Source of the DNA: Savitreella phatthalungensis | Taxonomy: Eukaryota | NCBI GenBank assembly: GCA_051599415.1 | Contig: AP039690.1 | Span: forward strand, 62,001 to 126,000 | DNA length: 64,000 bases | Direction: 5' to 3' | Shown here: positions 10,123 through 21,307 of the stretch, in pieces | Numbering within the stretch: position 1 is the stretch's first letter | How the letters are laid out: each line of letters opens with the position of its first letter | Translations under genes and position numbers: made by a program | Notes under the pieces: model-generated | What the model was told of the DNA's origin: nothing | Databases searched by the model: none | The model's input: only the letters and a program-made list of their open reading frames with translations

Positions 10123-12254
10123 CCTCGATTGCAAGCTCTCTCAGCGCCGTTTTGTCATTCACAGTGGTAGATACAAAGAGGTGCTCTTTGTCTTTTGGAG
10201 TGTATGCGCTATAGCGTGGGCTTCGAGAAGGTCGACATAACTGACGTTGTTCACAGCAAGGTAAGTGAGAACGCAGCGTCAAGCGTCTGTTGCTTATTCG
10301 CGGTCAGAACCAACCAGGCATGTACTCTGATCAGACGTCGATCTGCAATCCCCGTGGGCACATACAGGCTCGGCCGTTGAGCGAGCCTTGACACTTCCGA
10401 TGACTTCTAGGTTGTGTTTGATGGAAGACTCCTGCCAATCCCTGAGCGCGTCCCACCAAACTGTCTAGGGGCTGCTCAGAGTTTGGGACAGGGCGCTGAA
10501 CTGTTGAGAGGTCAGAAAAGCGGATCTTCCGACATGATAACTGTCAAACTTGAAAATGCTACCACTGGCCGTGTAGTTTGCTTTCAGTGTCACTGCGGCA
10601 CCTTGCACCCTGTAGAGCTACTGTCTGTCTCTTTGGAAAACGCGAAATGTGTAGGTGTCCAGCTCTATTGTATTTGTCAGGGGTCAGATCGGTTGCCTTC
10701 CACACACATGTCAAATCTAATCTGGACCGAGAGGAATTCAGATTATTTGAAATTTGTGGCGACTTTGAGCGTCATCGGGCGCGCGGATGTGATTGGGAAG
10801 TCTGATTGGGGCAACAGACAGAACGGTTCAGGAGTTTGCGGATCATTTCAATTTTGATTTGAGTTTGACTTTAAGAGCGAGCGAGTCAAGTGGGGCATGC
10901 CATTGCTGGAGAAAGCCGGAGATGGTTGTCATTGTTTAGCTGCTCACGCTGTGTCGAAATAGTAAAGTAGGAAGCTACAGCATCAATTGCATCAATTTCA
11001 TGTCCAGGTTATAAGGATTCACGACTTGGGCTTAGTACCGAGGCTGGAGACTTCGGCTGGGCTATTATCATACAGGTGACCCCATATCGACCACACTCTC
11101 AGCACTTGCGATTCTTGCTCTCCTTCTGTTGCTGTATCGATGAACGAATCACAGAGATGCGCAAGGTCGAATGCAAGAGTCGACTTGTGCTGCATTGCTC
11201 ACCAAACTTTCTGGCCCAATGTCAGGAAGAGGGAACATGGAAAGGAGTGTCGAACCTTTCTCAATTCACTCTGGATGTTGATGATTATCAATTTATCAAT
11301 GAAATTTCCATTGAATTTGATTTGATTTACAGATAGAGCTCGGTCACTGGATCCAGCCAGACATCGAGTCATAAGGTAAATTTGCCACAGTATAGAGGCA
11401 CGAACTAGACCATAGTATCTTCTGAATTCCATTCACCATATACAACTGTCTGAGGGAACCAGAATGAACCACGTGACAGGTATGATGCAGACCCGAGTAG
11501 TCCAGTCGTCGTGGTCATCCACACACGGTAGCTATCATATAGAATGCAGCAGATTAATACACTCCCAAGCAACAGATTGATAAACTCTGGAGCCACAGAT
11601 TTGATACCATCTCATGGTCTATTTACACACTCTGCCTGATGTGTCAACTGCAAATGTTCACCCAGCGTCCGTACGGATCACAAGCGCCTCTCCCATCACA
11701 GGCAGGTTCGGACTCTGATTCACAGTTCAGATGATCGATCTCGACTGGTACTATGAGCGCAGACGGAATGGAAAAAGTGTCATATCATCATCTGTGCAGA
11801 TGGAAGGCCATCGATCAGGAACGGTTTCATTCCGGACGGACGGAATAAGAGATAGCTCTGTTCCGCAACGAATTGAGCGCGTATGAACCATGCATGCAGA
11901 TATTGCAGTACGTGCGCACATATACAGGCAGGCACTTCGGAAATTAGCCTTCAGCTGATTACGGAATTGGAAAACTCAAAATTCATAATTAATCGATCAA
12001 TTGAATAGTCCAATAATCTGAAAATCAGCCCAGTAATTATTACCACTGAATAACTCAATTGATCATACACACAAGCAGACGTCACTGCTCGACTCAGATA
12101 ATTATAAGCTAGCCCCATCCCCACAAACATGGGGATTGTGGTGACAGCATCGTTTACACAAGACATCATCTTCTCACCTTGACCTGCAAGCTCTCAGTCA
12201 GACCTAAACTAAAAAACAAATACCCTCTCGAGTAGCGCATTCGACCGAGTCAAG

Positions 12255-13487
12255 ATGTCCAAGGCTCTAGCGAACGTGCCTGTTGACCCTCATGCGCTAT
12301 GCATTTCAGACATTGAGCGGCTAGCAGCACCTAGGATGACACTCCAAACGGCTTCCTACTACAACGATGGCGCAGACAGCGGCACAACGCTCAGAGAGAA
12401 CATTTCTGCATTCTCAAAGTACAGAATTCGACCACGAGTGCTCAGAGATATCTCTGTGATTGACACTTCTGTCGAGATCTTTGGCCACAAGAACACCTTG
12501 CCACTCGGTGTCGCCCCCACAGCAATGCAATGCCTTGCTCATCCTGATGGTGAAAAGGCTACAGCGAGAGCATCGCGCAAGGCTGGCATCATCATGGGAC
12601 TTTCTTCCTTTGCCACAACCACACTCGAAGAGGTCGCCGACGAATCACAGGACAACCCAAACGTCCTCCAACTCTACCTCTTCGAAGAGCGTGAACACTC
12701 CCGCAAGCTGATTGCACGTGCCAAGAAGGCCGGGTACAAGGCAGTCTTCCTTACGGTTGACACGCCAGTCCTTGGTCGCCGCAACCTCGATATCCGCAAC
12801 AAATTCACCTTGCCGAAGCCTTGGAAGATTGCGAATTTTGAGGAGGACAACGATTCCGATGCAGTCAATGCGGTCATGTCCGGTTCTTCCTCAGCCTCTG
12901 GCGGCTCTTCCGCTGTGAGCGAGTCGACTGCTGGCTACCATGACGGCACAAAGCGTGTTCCTCCTTCCGGCAAGATTCGCTTCCACACACATGCACCAAA
13001 CCCGACGTTGAACTGGGAGCGCGATATCGCCTGGCTCAAGCAGGAGTGTGGTCCGGAGATGCAGGTCTGGGTAAAGGGTATTGCGACGGCGGAAGACACC
13101 GAGCTCGCAATTCACTACGGCGTCGATGGCATCGTCGTCTCGAATCATGGTGGCAGACAGCTCGATGGAGCCCTCGCCACCCTCGACGCTCTTCCGGAAG
13201 TCGTCGAGGCAGCCAAGGGCAGGGTGCCCGTCCACGTCGACGGCGGCGTCCGTCACGGCACAGACATCTTCAAAGCTCTAGCCCTCGGCTGCGACATGGT
13301 CTGGATTGGTCGTCCTGTGCTTTGGTCACTCGCGTACCGCGGTCAAGAGGGTGTCGAGCTCTGTCTGGCTCTCCTGGCAGCCGAGTTCGAAAGATGCATG
13401 GCTTTGGCTGGCGTCACCTCTGTCTCTCAGATCGACAAGTCATACCTAGTCAAGATGGACGCCGCTGGCTTCCCTCACAAGTTGTAG
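12255..13487 (+). CDS. FMN-dependent alpha-hydroxyacid oxidase/dehydrogenase (glycolate oxidase family)
   Basis: YRIRPRVLRD, APTAMQ, LTVDTP, WVKGI, SNHGGRQLD, DGGVRHGTDIFKALALG; C-terminal HKL. Confidence 0.95.
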   Translation: MSKALANVPVDPHALCISDIERLAAPRMTLQTASYYNDGADSGTTLRENISAFSKYRIRPRVLRDISVIDTSVEIFGHKNTLPLGVAPTAMQCLAHPDGEKATARASRKAGIIMGLSSFATTTLEEVADESQDNPNVLQLYLFEEREHSRKLIARAKKAGYKAVFLTVDTPVLGRRNLDIRNKFTLPKPWKIANFEEDNDSDAVNAVMSGSSSASGGSSAVSESTAGYHDGTKRVPPSGKIRFHTHAPNPTLNWERDIAWLKQECGPEMQVWVKGIATAEDTELAIHYGVDGIVVSNHGGRQLDGALATLDALPEVVEAAKGRVPVHVDGGVRHGTDIFKALALGCDMVWIGRPVLWSLAYRGQEGVELCLALLAAEFERCMALAGVTSVSQIDKSYLVKMDAAGFPHKL

Positions 13488-13749
13488 ATCATCGTCATTT
13501 AATAACCCACCTCGACACTGACATCCTGCCTGTACGTGACGGAACAATCGACATTGCCTGCTCGTCTGCACGTGCATTCGGAATTTAAATTCCCCGTGTG
13601 ACAACGTGTACCTACAGCCAAATCCAGGTCGAATCAATATGTTACGTCTTGAAGAGATATAGGCGCGTTTCCCTGACACGATTTCCACCCTACTTGAAGC
13701 GGTGCGTCACGCCCTCTCTTTCATCTATCTTTCTATCAGGCTCAGCACC

Positions 13750-15924
13750 ATGCGGCCTCTCTCGCTTGCCAGCCTGCTGGTATATACATCGAGAGCAAGC
13801 GCAGCTGTGGTGGAACGGCCTGACGGCAGCTTTGGCGATGACGGGATCGTTGCCAAGCATCCTGACTCTCCGAGTGAGACGATCGCGACGACTGAGCTGA
13901 CGGCGAGCAATTTTGCTTCTTCCACCGCCAAGGGATACTGGTTTGTAAAATTCTTCTCGCCCTGGTGTCCACACTGTACGCACATTGCGCCGTTCTGGGA
14001 GAAGGCTGCGCGGGAGCACCTCGATCAGATGGTCGGTGTGGACATGCACATGGGCAGCGTCGACTGCACGATCTCTGGCGACCTGTGTGACGCGCACGAC
14101 GTCAAGGGCTATCCGACGATGCTCCTCCTAAAGGATGACAAAGTCCTCGACCAGTACGGGAACATCGCCGTCGAAGACCCCTCCGTCACCATCGGCCAGT
14201 TCATCGACGAGCACGTCGCCGACATTTCAAAAGCCGCAGATCCACCTTCTACGCAGCCGAAGGAAGCCCCTGTCAAGCCAGCTGCAGACACGCGCAAGGA
14301 CGCCTCACCTGCTGGGAAGACAGTCCCCGTCCTTCTGGACGACGACACGACTCGCACATCTCCCGTGAACGTGCTTGGCGAGTCCGTGTCATTGTCTCAT
14401 GAGGACTTCATCGACAAGGTATCGAATGGTGGGAAGCCGTGGTTTGTCAAGTTCTACACGGACTGGTGTCCACACTGTCGGAAGATGGCTGCCGCCTGGG
14501 ACACGATGGCCGGTGACTTCAAGGGCAAGCTGGACATTGGCCAAGTCAATTGCGAGACTGAGGCCCGGCTTTGCAAGGAAATTGGCGTCCGCGCATACCC
14601 GACCCTCCTCTACTTCTCTGGAGAGGAGCACATCGAGTACCAAGGGTTGCGGTCGCTCGGTGATCTAGAGGCGTTTGCACACAAAGCGGCAAAATCTGGC
14701 GTGCGAGAAGTCGATGCGACCGAGTTTGAGGAGATCACGGCTGCGGAAGAGGTCGTGTTTGTCTATTTCGCAGACGCCGCAACCACAACCGAGGACCTCT
14801 CTGCCCTCCGTCGCAACGCACTCGCCCTCATCGGTCACGCACCGCTCCTCCTAACGCGATCCCCAATCCTCGCAAACCGATTCAAGGTCACGATGTTCCC
14901 GAAACTCGCAGTCTTCAGAGCTGGAAAACCACAGTACTACCCTGCACTCTCGCCCGCAGACATGCGCGACCACCGGCGGATGCTCGACTGGATGCAGTCT
15001 GTCTGGCTACCACTAGTGCCTGAATTGACGCCTGAAAACTCTCACGAGATTACTGGGGGCGGCAAATTGGTCGTGCTCGCTGCGCTCGACCCATCCTCGC
15101 CTGATTTTGCGTCCGACAAGGCTGCGGTGCGGGATGCCGCAGAGCAATTCGCCGAGCGGCGTGCGGCCGAAGAGGCCGAGGACAAGCGTCGTGGACGCGT
15201 CCGCAAACAAAAGCAACTAGACGCCGCTCGAAAAAACCAGGACTACGACTCGGAGTACGATGCGAAGCACCGTCGCGTCGACGTTGAACGCCGCCCGGCC
15301 GTCGGCTTTGCGTGGGTAGATGGCGTGTTCTGGGACAAGTGGCTTAAAGCTGCGTTTCGAATTGACATTGTCTCTTCCACGGACCTCGCTTCCACCTCGT
15401 CGCCACAAGACACCCGTCCCACGCGCGCGGCCATCATCATCAACGACGAGGACAACCAGCGGTACTGGGATCTCGACCTCCACAACCAACCCTTCCAACT
15501 CACCACCACCGCCATCCTTGACGCACTCCAAGAAGTCGTCGGCACTGGACCACCGCCAAAAATCCAGGACCCCCAGAACGACCCTGGCCAGGATTTCAAG
15601 CCACCAAAAATCGGTGGGAGGTTGAAAGCGTCATCGACTCGGAACTCGATCGAGCAGGCTTATTTTGCTGCTCGGCGTGCTGGGCGAGGTCACCCTTGGA
15701 GTGGTGTGTTGTTGGTGGTGGTAGGTGTGTTTGTGGGTGTGGTGGTTGGGATGCGCCGGTGTTCTAGGAGAGCTGGTGGTAGGAGAATGGTCAGAAGGTC
15801 ACGCAGGCAGCAGAAGAGGAATACCGCGTTCTATTACCCATCAGAGGAAGACAGTGACCTCGAAATCGGTAACGCTAACGGCAACCCTCATCGCACAGGC
15901 CCACTCACAGGCAAGCAAGACTGA
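13750..15924 (+). CDS. ER membrane-anchored protein disulfide isomerase-family protein (Eps1-like)
   Basis: Signal peptide from ATG 13750, two WCPHC thioredoxin sites, C-terminal TM (GVLLVVVGVFVGVVVGM), ends GKQD. Confidence 0.88.
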   Translation: MRPLSLASLLVYTSRASAAVVERPDGSFGDDGIVAKHPDSPSETIATTELTASNFASSTAKGYWFVKFFSPWCPHCTHIAPFWEKAAREHLDQMVGVDMHMGSVDCTISGDLCDAHDVKGYPTMLLLKDDKVLDQYGNIAVEDPSVTIGQFIDEHVADISKAADPPSTQPKEAPVKPAADTRKDASPAGKTVPVLLDDDTTRTSPVNVLGESVSLSHEDFIDKVSNGGKPWFVKFYTDWCPHCRKMAAAWDTMAGDFKGKLDIGQVNCETEARLCKEIGVRAYPTLLYFSGEEHIEYQGLRSLGDLEAFAHKAAKSGVREVDATEFEEITAAEEVVFVYFADAATTTEDLSALRRNALALIGHAPLLLTRSPILANRFKVTMFPKLAVFRAGKPQYYPALSPADMRDHRRMLDWMQSVWLPLVPELTPENSHEITGGGKLVVLAALDPSSPDFASDKAAVRDAAEQFAERRAAEEAEDKRRGRVRKQKQLDAARKNQDYDSEYDAKHRRVDVERRPAVGFAWVDGVFWDKWLKAAFRIDIVSSTDLASTSSPQDTRPTRAAIIINDEDNQRYWDLDLHNQPFQLTTTAILDALQEVVGTGPPPKIQDPQNDPGQDFKPPKIGGRLKASSTRNSIEQAYFAARRAGRGHPWSGVLLVVVGVFVGVVVGMRRCSRRAGGRRMVRRSRRQQKRNTAFYYPSEEDSDLEIGNANGNPHRTGPLTGKQD

Positions 15925-16182
15925 TCACTAAACCACGACAAGACAACGGAAAGACCCAAGCATGCATGACCTCAACGATCGCTAGCCAGTTTTTTAAGTT
16001 TTTTTTTATTCAATGTGGAATTTGAGCGTGGCAAGGTGCATACGTGAACGGGTTGCTTGGAAGAAACGGTGAAGTAATTGTACAGACAAGAAAAGGAACT
16101 AGGTTTTCGTTGCTAGGGTGAAAAGCGGGGAGAAGGGAAAGTCCTGGATGATCGTGTGTTGCGTGCGTGTATGCGTGAAGTA

Positions 16183-19100
16183 TTATCGCTTCTGTGGTGG
16201 TAGTGGTTGTGGCTGTGGTTTGGTGACGGAGACTGATGGTGAAGTTGAGCGGACTGGTCTGTATCCTTGCTGACGACGACGGAAGGCTGCTAGAAGGGCG
16301 CCTAGGGCGACGAGGAGGAACAGGATAAAGAGGGCGATGCAGAGCGCGATGGCGATGACGACACCCCTGCTAAGTCGCTTTCGAGTTCGGCCGAGCGCGA
16401 ACGTCGCTGACTGCTCGGAAATGAATGCGCGGACCGTGCCGCCTGATGAGGTTGTACTCAGCCCAGTACTGGTGGCGTCGCCAGCGAGAAGGTAGGGTGT
16501 CAGTTCAGCGCCATCGTAGGTCGCCGCCACGCACGAAACGCCCGACGTTTTGTTGGCCGAGGTCACGTTCAGTCGGCCAAACACGAGTAGTGCTCTATCT
16601 GCGGGAAGATTCGTTGTGTTGCCCTGTGAGGATGAGCGAGATTTGGTGAGCGGAACAATCTGTAAGGAGGTGATGAGGGTATTAGCACCAAGCTGATTGT
16701 TCGAGAGATCTGTCAGATGCGAGCCGTCCCACTTGACAAGGAACGGGCTGGAAGCGTTGCCGGCAGCGTAGATGCGCGAGGTCGAGTTCGTGTCTGCGAC
16801 CGCGGCAACGACGGCGCCAGGCAGGATCGACGCTCCGCCAGATGAGGAAGTTGCGACTGCGGAGAAGGTCTGCGACGAGAAGTCGAAGGTCACTAGCGAT
16901 TGGCGAGTGTTGTTAAGACGAAGATCACCACCCAAGAGCAGAGTCTGGGAACCCATCCATTGCGCCGTCGCTACGTCGCCGGAGAAGCCAGTCGAAGGCC
17001 GAGCCCAGGTGAGCGAGCTCTTGTCGAGGATGCAAATGCTCGGGCACGCGAAAGAGCCAGCGGAGTCGAAGCTGCCGACCACGACAAGCTGCTGCACGTT
17101 TGGCCTCGCCAAGATCATGTTGACTCGGGCAGGGACGTTATTGGCGGCTGTGAGGCCTGCTGGCTGCGTGGACGCAAGGGTCTGAGTGTCGAGATCGTAA
17201 GCGATGATGCCTTGGGAGCCGGATGATGTCGTGAGATTGCCGCCTAGCCAGAGCCGTGTGCCGTCCACCAATGAGCTGTAGACGACAGAGCTGTCAGAGA
17301 GCGGGTTAGTCGTCAGTCCAGACACGGCTCCTGTACTGTTGAGGAACGCGACGTTGCGCTTGACAGTGCTGCTACTGGTGCCGTTCACGATGAAGTCACC
17401 TCCAAGGATTGTCAAGCTACTGCGGGAGGAATTGTAGAAGGCTCCAGTGTAGACACTGCCGCTGTTGACAGAGACCGGCACGTTGGATAGGCGCTGTGCG
17501 GTGACCAGAGAAGCGACATCCGACGCTCCCTGCTGGAAAGCCGAACGCAGATTTCCAAACAGGTATGTAGTGGAGTTGACGCTAGTCGAGCCGGCCACCT
17601 GGCCAGACAATGCGCCGCTCGAAGTCGACCATGATCCCGATGAGACATCCCAGAAGGCGATTCTGTTCGCGGACTGTGCCGCCTGATTGCCGTATCCGTT
17701 CAGACGAGAGAATGTGCCGGAAATGCCTAGGACGCTGCCGTTGTACTGGAAGATGGAGGTCACAGGTCCGTCGACACCGCCACCGACTGCCTGCCAGCTG
17801 TTGCTGGACAAGTTGTATGCAACGAGGTGCTGAGCCGAGATGAAGGTGGAGTTGACAAGCGAGGTGAAATTACCGCCAAAGTACAGGACATTGTTCACGA
17901 GAACGGATGCAACAACACCAGCATTTGGCGCGTCCGAGCCGAGACCAGAGAGCGTTGAGCCACGGATTTGTGCAACGTTCTGAGCGCCTGAGGAGGTCGA
18001 GGAGAAATTTCCAGCGACGTACAGCGTTGAGCCAGAAACGATGATAGTGTTAATCAGCGCATCTATAGACAGAGACGAGGCAGCGATCGTGGTCGGGCTT
18101 GAGCTATTGCTTGTGGCTGAAAAGGTCGAGGGCGAGTACTGGAACAGACCGTTGAGACCGTCTTGGCCGATAGCGCCGAGTGGCAGATACTGAACACGTG
18201 AGGCGACGACGTTGATCGTGCCCGCCTGGCCTGTAATAGGGGAAAGAATGACACGAGTACGGAAAGAGGTGGAGGAGGCTGCGACAAGACCTTGGTAGAC
18301 TGTGTCGTATTTGTCGTACTGGTTTGTTTGGTAGATGGTCGTCGTCACTGGTGCACTGTTGGGCTCGGCGTAGACGGCGAGCTGCACTCTTCCACGTGTC
18401 GCGCATGAATTGTCAAGCAAGCAGCCGGGCGTGTATAAACGGATGGAGTAGTTCCCGCGCTGAGAGACCTGTGGCTCGAATGTCACAGAGGCGGATGAAA
18501 GCGCTGAATCGCCTGTGAGATTGGCGGCCAAGTATCCTGGCTCGTGATTAATGACCTGCTGCGTCCAGATGCCAGTGTCTGCTGAGGTGCTCTTGAAGGT
18601 GCCATTTGCGCAGGTGGGTGCGTTGTAGGCGTTGACTGCATAGGCGTAGAGGTCGTCCTGGTACAGCTCGATGCCACTGAGACCAGCTCCGGCACCGTAG
18701 TAATTGCTGATGGCAATCTGGAAGCCATACATCTGGACGACATTGACCATGTCAAACTCCTGCCATGTGCTACTGCCCTGTCGGAGCGGGCAGCGAGCAT
18801 CGCAGTATTGCCGCTGACCCTGTGCATCGATATAGGTAAGATTCAGGATACCGTTGTCCGGGCTGAAAATGAACCTGAACTCTGCTGTGCCTCGGCCGTC
18901 GATTTGTGTATTGCGCAGACGAAGCTTCGTCGGGCGAATCGTGAAGTTGAGGGCGGATTGCCATGCCGAGGGTTGACCATCAGCGGCAAGCCAGGTCGAG
19001 CCTGATCCGTCGTTGGAGGCAGGACAGACAATGTTGTTCGGGTTGCTGTAGCCTGCTTGGGAAGATGGGTTGACGGAGGTTACGTAAGAGGTCTGAAGGT

Positions 19101-19758
19101 TGATGAGCTGAGGAGGATTCTCGCTGCTGCTTGCGAGTCCTGAGTCCGTTGCGATCGAATCGAACTGTCCGCCAAAGACGATCGAGGAGCTGTTGTACTG
19201 CTGGATGGTCTGAATTGCGCCATTGAATCCGCCGAAAGAGACCGGTACATATCTGGAGCTGGAGGGTGACCAGACAACGGCATTGCTCGAGTTGCTCATG
19301 TCAAAGGAGCCACCGATGTATAGGAGGTTGTCGGCATTGTCGCAGAAAAGGGTATTGACCTGCCCCGCGACGCCTGATCCAAGAGGAGAGAAGGTGCCTG
19401 TGAGCGGGGAGTATGCTGCGACGTTGGCGGCAGAAACGCCTGCTATCCGGCTGAAGTTGCCTCCAACATAGACTGTCTGGGAGTTGAGCGTACACACGGC
19501 TGAGATTGAGCCATCTGTGCTGCCCACAGGGAAGAAGGCGCCTGTCGATATCTGCTGGAAGAGACCTCCTGAGGTATTTGTCGCGAGAAGTGACTGCTGA
19601 CGGGTGTCCTGGTAAATGGAAATGCCGGTGAAGTTTCCTGCGACGGCGACGTGACCGAGTGCAGCAAAGTCTATGCTCGGTGGTGTGACTGAGGCTGCAT
19701 CTGCGCTCCAGGTCAATAATGTGAGGATGGCAGCAGCGGACAGTGTATAGGGCGGCAT
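16183..19758 (-). CDS. RAX2: Cell polarity/bud-site protein Rax2
   Basis: Signal peptide from ATG 19758; beta-propeller repeats; PTKLRLRNT..GRGT..FRF, YCDARCPL, IRLYTPGC..D..C..RG motifs; single C-terminal TM. Confidence 0.9.
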   Translation of the reverse strand: MPPYTLSAAAILTLLTWSADAASVTPPSIDFAALGHVAVAGNFTGISIYQDTRQQSLLATNTSGGLFQQISTGAFFPVGSTDGSISAVCTLNSQTVYVGGNFSRIAGVSAANVAAYSPLTGTFSPLGSGVAGQVNTLFCDNADNLLYIGGSFDMSNSSNAVVWSPSSSRYVPVSFGGFNGAIQTIQQYNSSSIVFGGQFDSIATDSGLASSSENPPQLINLQTSYVTSVNPSSQAGYSNPNNIVCPASNDGSGSTWLAADGQPSAWQSALNFTIRPTKLRLRNTQIDGRGTAEFRFIFSPDNGILNLTYIDAQGQRQYCDARCPLRQGSSTWQEFDMVNVVQMYGFQIAISNYYGAGAGLSGIELYQDDLYAYAVNAYNAPTCANGTFKSTSADTGIWTQQVINHEPGYLAANLTGDSALSSASVTFEPQVSQRGNYSIRLYTPGCLLDNSCATRGRVQLAVYAEPNSAPVTTTIYQTNQYDKYDTVYQGLVAASSTSFRTRVILSPITGQAGTINVVASRVQYLPLGAIGQDGLNGLFQYSPSTFSATSNSSSPTTIAASSLSIDALINTIIVSGSTLYVAGNFSSTSSGAQNVAQIRGSTLSGLGSDAPNAGVVASVLVNNVLYFGGNFTSLVNSTFISAQHLVAYNLSSNSWQAVGGGVDGPVTSIFQYNGSVLGISGTFSRLNGYGNQAAQSANRIAFWDVSSGSWSTSSGALSGQVAGSTSVNSTTYLFGNLRSAFQQGASDVASLVTAQRLSNVPVSVNSGSVYTGAFYNSSRSSLTILGGDFIVNGTSSSTVKRNVAFLNSTGAVSGLTTNPLSDSSVVYSSLVDGTRLWLGGNLTTSSGSQGIIAYDLDTQTLASTQPAGLTAANNVPARVNMILARPNVQQLVVVGSFDSAGSFACPSICILDKSSLTWARPSTGFSGDVATAQWMGSQTLLLGGDLRLNNTRQSLVTFDFSSQTFSAVATSSSGGASILPGAVVAAVADTNSTSRIYAAGNASSPFLVKWDGSHLTDLSNNQLGANTLITSLQIVPLTKSRSSSQGNTTNLPADRALLVFGRLNVTSANKTSGVSCVAATYDGAELTPYLLAGDATSTGLSTTSSGGTVRAFISEQSATFALGRTRKRLSRGVVIAIALCIALFILFLLVALGALLAAFRRRQQGYRPVRSTSPSVSVTKPQPQPLPPQKR

Positions 19759-20519
19759 CCTTTTATGTGATGTTGATGAGATGCGAGGTCTTGTGGAAAA
19801 GAGAGTGTGTGTCAATGCGGATGCGGTTAGTAGCGAAAAGAGAGTGTGTGAGTGCGTGAGATCGAGTGTGTGTGTGTTTGTGTGTGTATGCCTCTGTGTG
19901 TGTGTCGCGCTGTTGGATCGTGATCGGATCTCGCGCGCCCAGCTTCAGGTCAACCGAGATAGAAGTCCTGAGTTAGTGTACGGCCGTGTATCGCTGGTCA
20001 AACGTCGCGTGGCCAGTCGGGAGAAAAGACGGTCGGAAGTGTTTTGTCGCGTGGATGATCAGGATGAAGTGGGATTGATGTGTGTGAAGGCTGTGATGAG
20101 AGAGCGTGTGTGTCGATTGATGACTAGCGTAGTGTATTCGGAAGAGTGATGAATGAGCGTGGGAGGGTCAGCTTATTGTGAAGTGATCGACAAGGATGAT
20201 TGTTGTGGTGGTGGAGGTAGTTGATGGAAGAGTGCACGGCCGGTGGCGGTAGTATGAGAATGATCTCGATTAAGTTATGTGGAGGTCCGTGCGTGCCGTG
20301 GAGAGATTTTCAGGGAAGTTGAAGGGTATGAGCAATAGGCGCGCGCGTGTGAATGAGGATAAGACCCGACTAGAAGGTTTAGGTTTAGGTGACTCTGTGA
20401 TGGGTGAGGTACAGGAACAGGACGTGACGTGAGGTGACGCGACTGTAGAGGTTGAGAGGATGTGTAGGTGGAGAGGATATGACGCCTGGACGAGGATGGA
20501 AGTGTATGGGGTGAGAGAG

Positions 20520-20740
20520 AGTGGAGGAGGAGGAAGAGGAAGAGGAAGAGGATGAGGAGGTTGATGGTGATGGTGGTGCGTGTGTGTGTGTACGTGTGGA
20601 TGTGTGTGTGTGTATGAGTGTGTGTGTGTGTATGCATGTGGTTGTGGTTGTGGTTGTGGTTGTTTCCTTTGACTGTAGACTGTAGACTGTAGACTGTAGA
20701 CTGTAGACTGTAGATTGGTTGATGATGATGATGGTGATGA
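20520..20740. repeat. Compound SSR cluster: GAG/GAA-rich, (TG)n, (GTGGTT)n, (GACTGTA)6 at 20671-20712, (GAT)n
   Basis: Read directly, upstream of RAX2. Confidence 0.9.
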
Positions 20741-21170
20741 CTCCTTTGTGAATTCCTTATTGTTGGATGTAATTTAGAGGAGGACATATGTATTGCATGG
20801 ATCAATTGAGCGCGTTTAGTCCCTTAGAGGAAGTTTTCCAATGTTTACTTTGCAATTTTAGGATTTGTTTAGAGGAATTCATGAAATTACTCTTGGATTG
20901 ACTCTGGTCAGATTTCAAGCATATTTTCAATCTAAGACCACAGCGGAAATTATCTCCTTTGAACAATCAAATCGATTTCCTAAATTAGAATATAGAAAAT
21001 CACGTGACTAGTCTGCATACCATCATCTCCTCTCCTGAATGCATGAGTTAGAGGAAAGGCTACGTACTCGATGCATACACTGTACTTGTCCACAGTACGT
21101 TTTCGGCTGAAGTGAAGCAACTCTCTGGTGGTGACTAATGGAAAAAGACTTTTCTAGAGTCAGACTGCAA

Positions 21171-21252
21171 GTAAGCTGCAGCCGGCCTCGAGGTAGGCTG
21201 GAGTCAGCCTCGAGGTAAGCTGGAGCCAGCCTCGAGGTAAGCTGGAGTCAGC
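21171..21252. repeat. 22-bp minisatellite, about 3.7 copies (GTARGCTGSAGYCRGCCTCGAG)
   Basis: Units start at 21171, 21193, 21215 and 21237. Confidence 0.9.
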
Positions 21253-21307
21253 ATAGAGCCATCGATCCACGACTTCTGACTCTTCCACTCTACTCTCCTT
21301 TTTCCCT

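Noticed and set aside
21171..21252. CRISPR-like array
   Set aside because: Head-to-tail repeats with no spacers, in a eukaryotic context with no cas genes.
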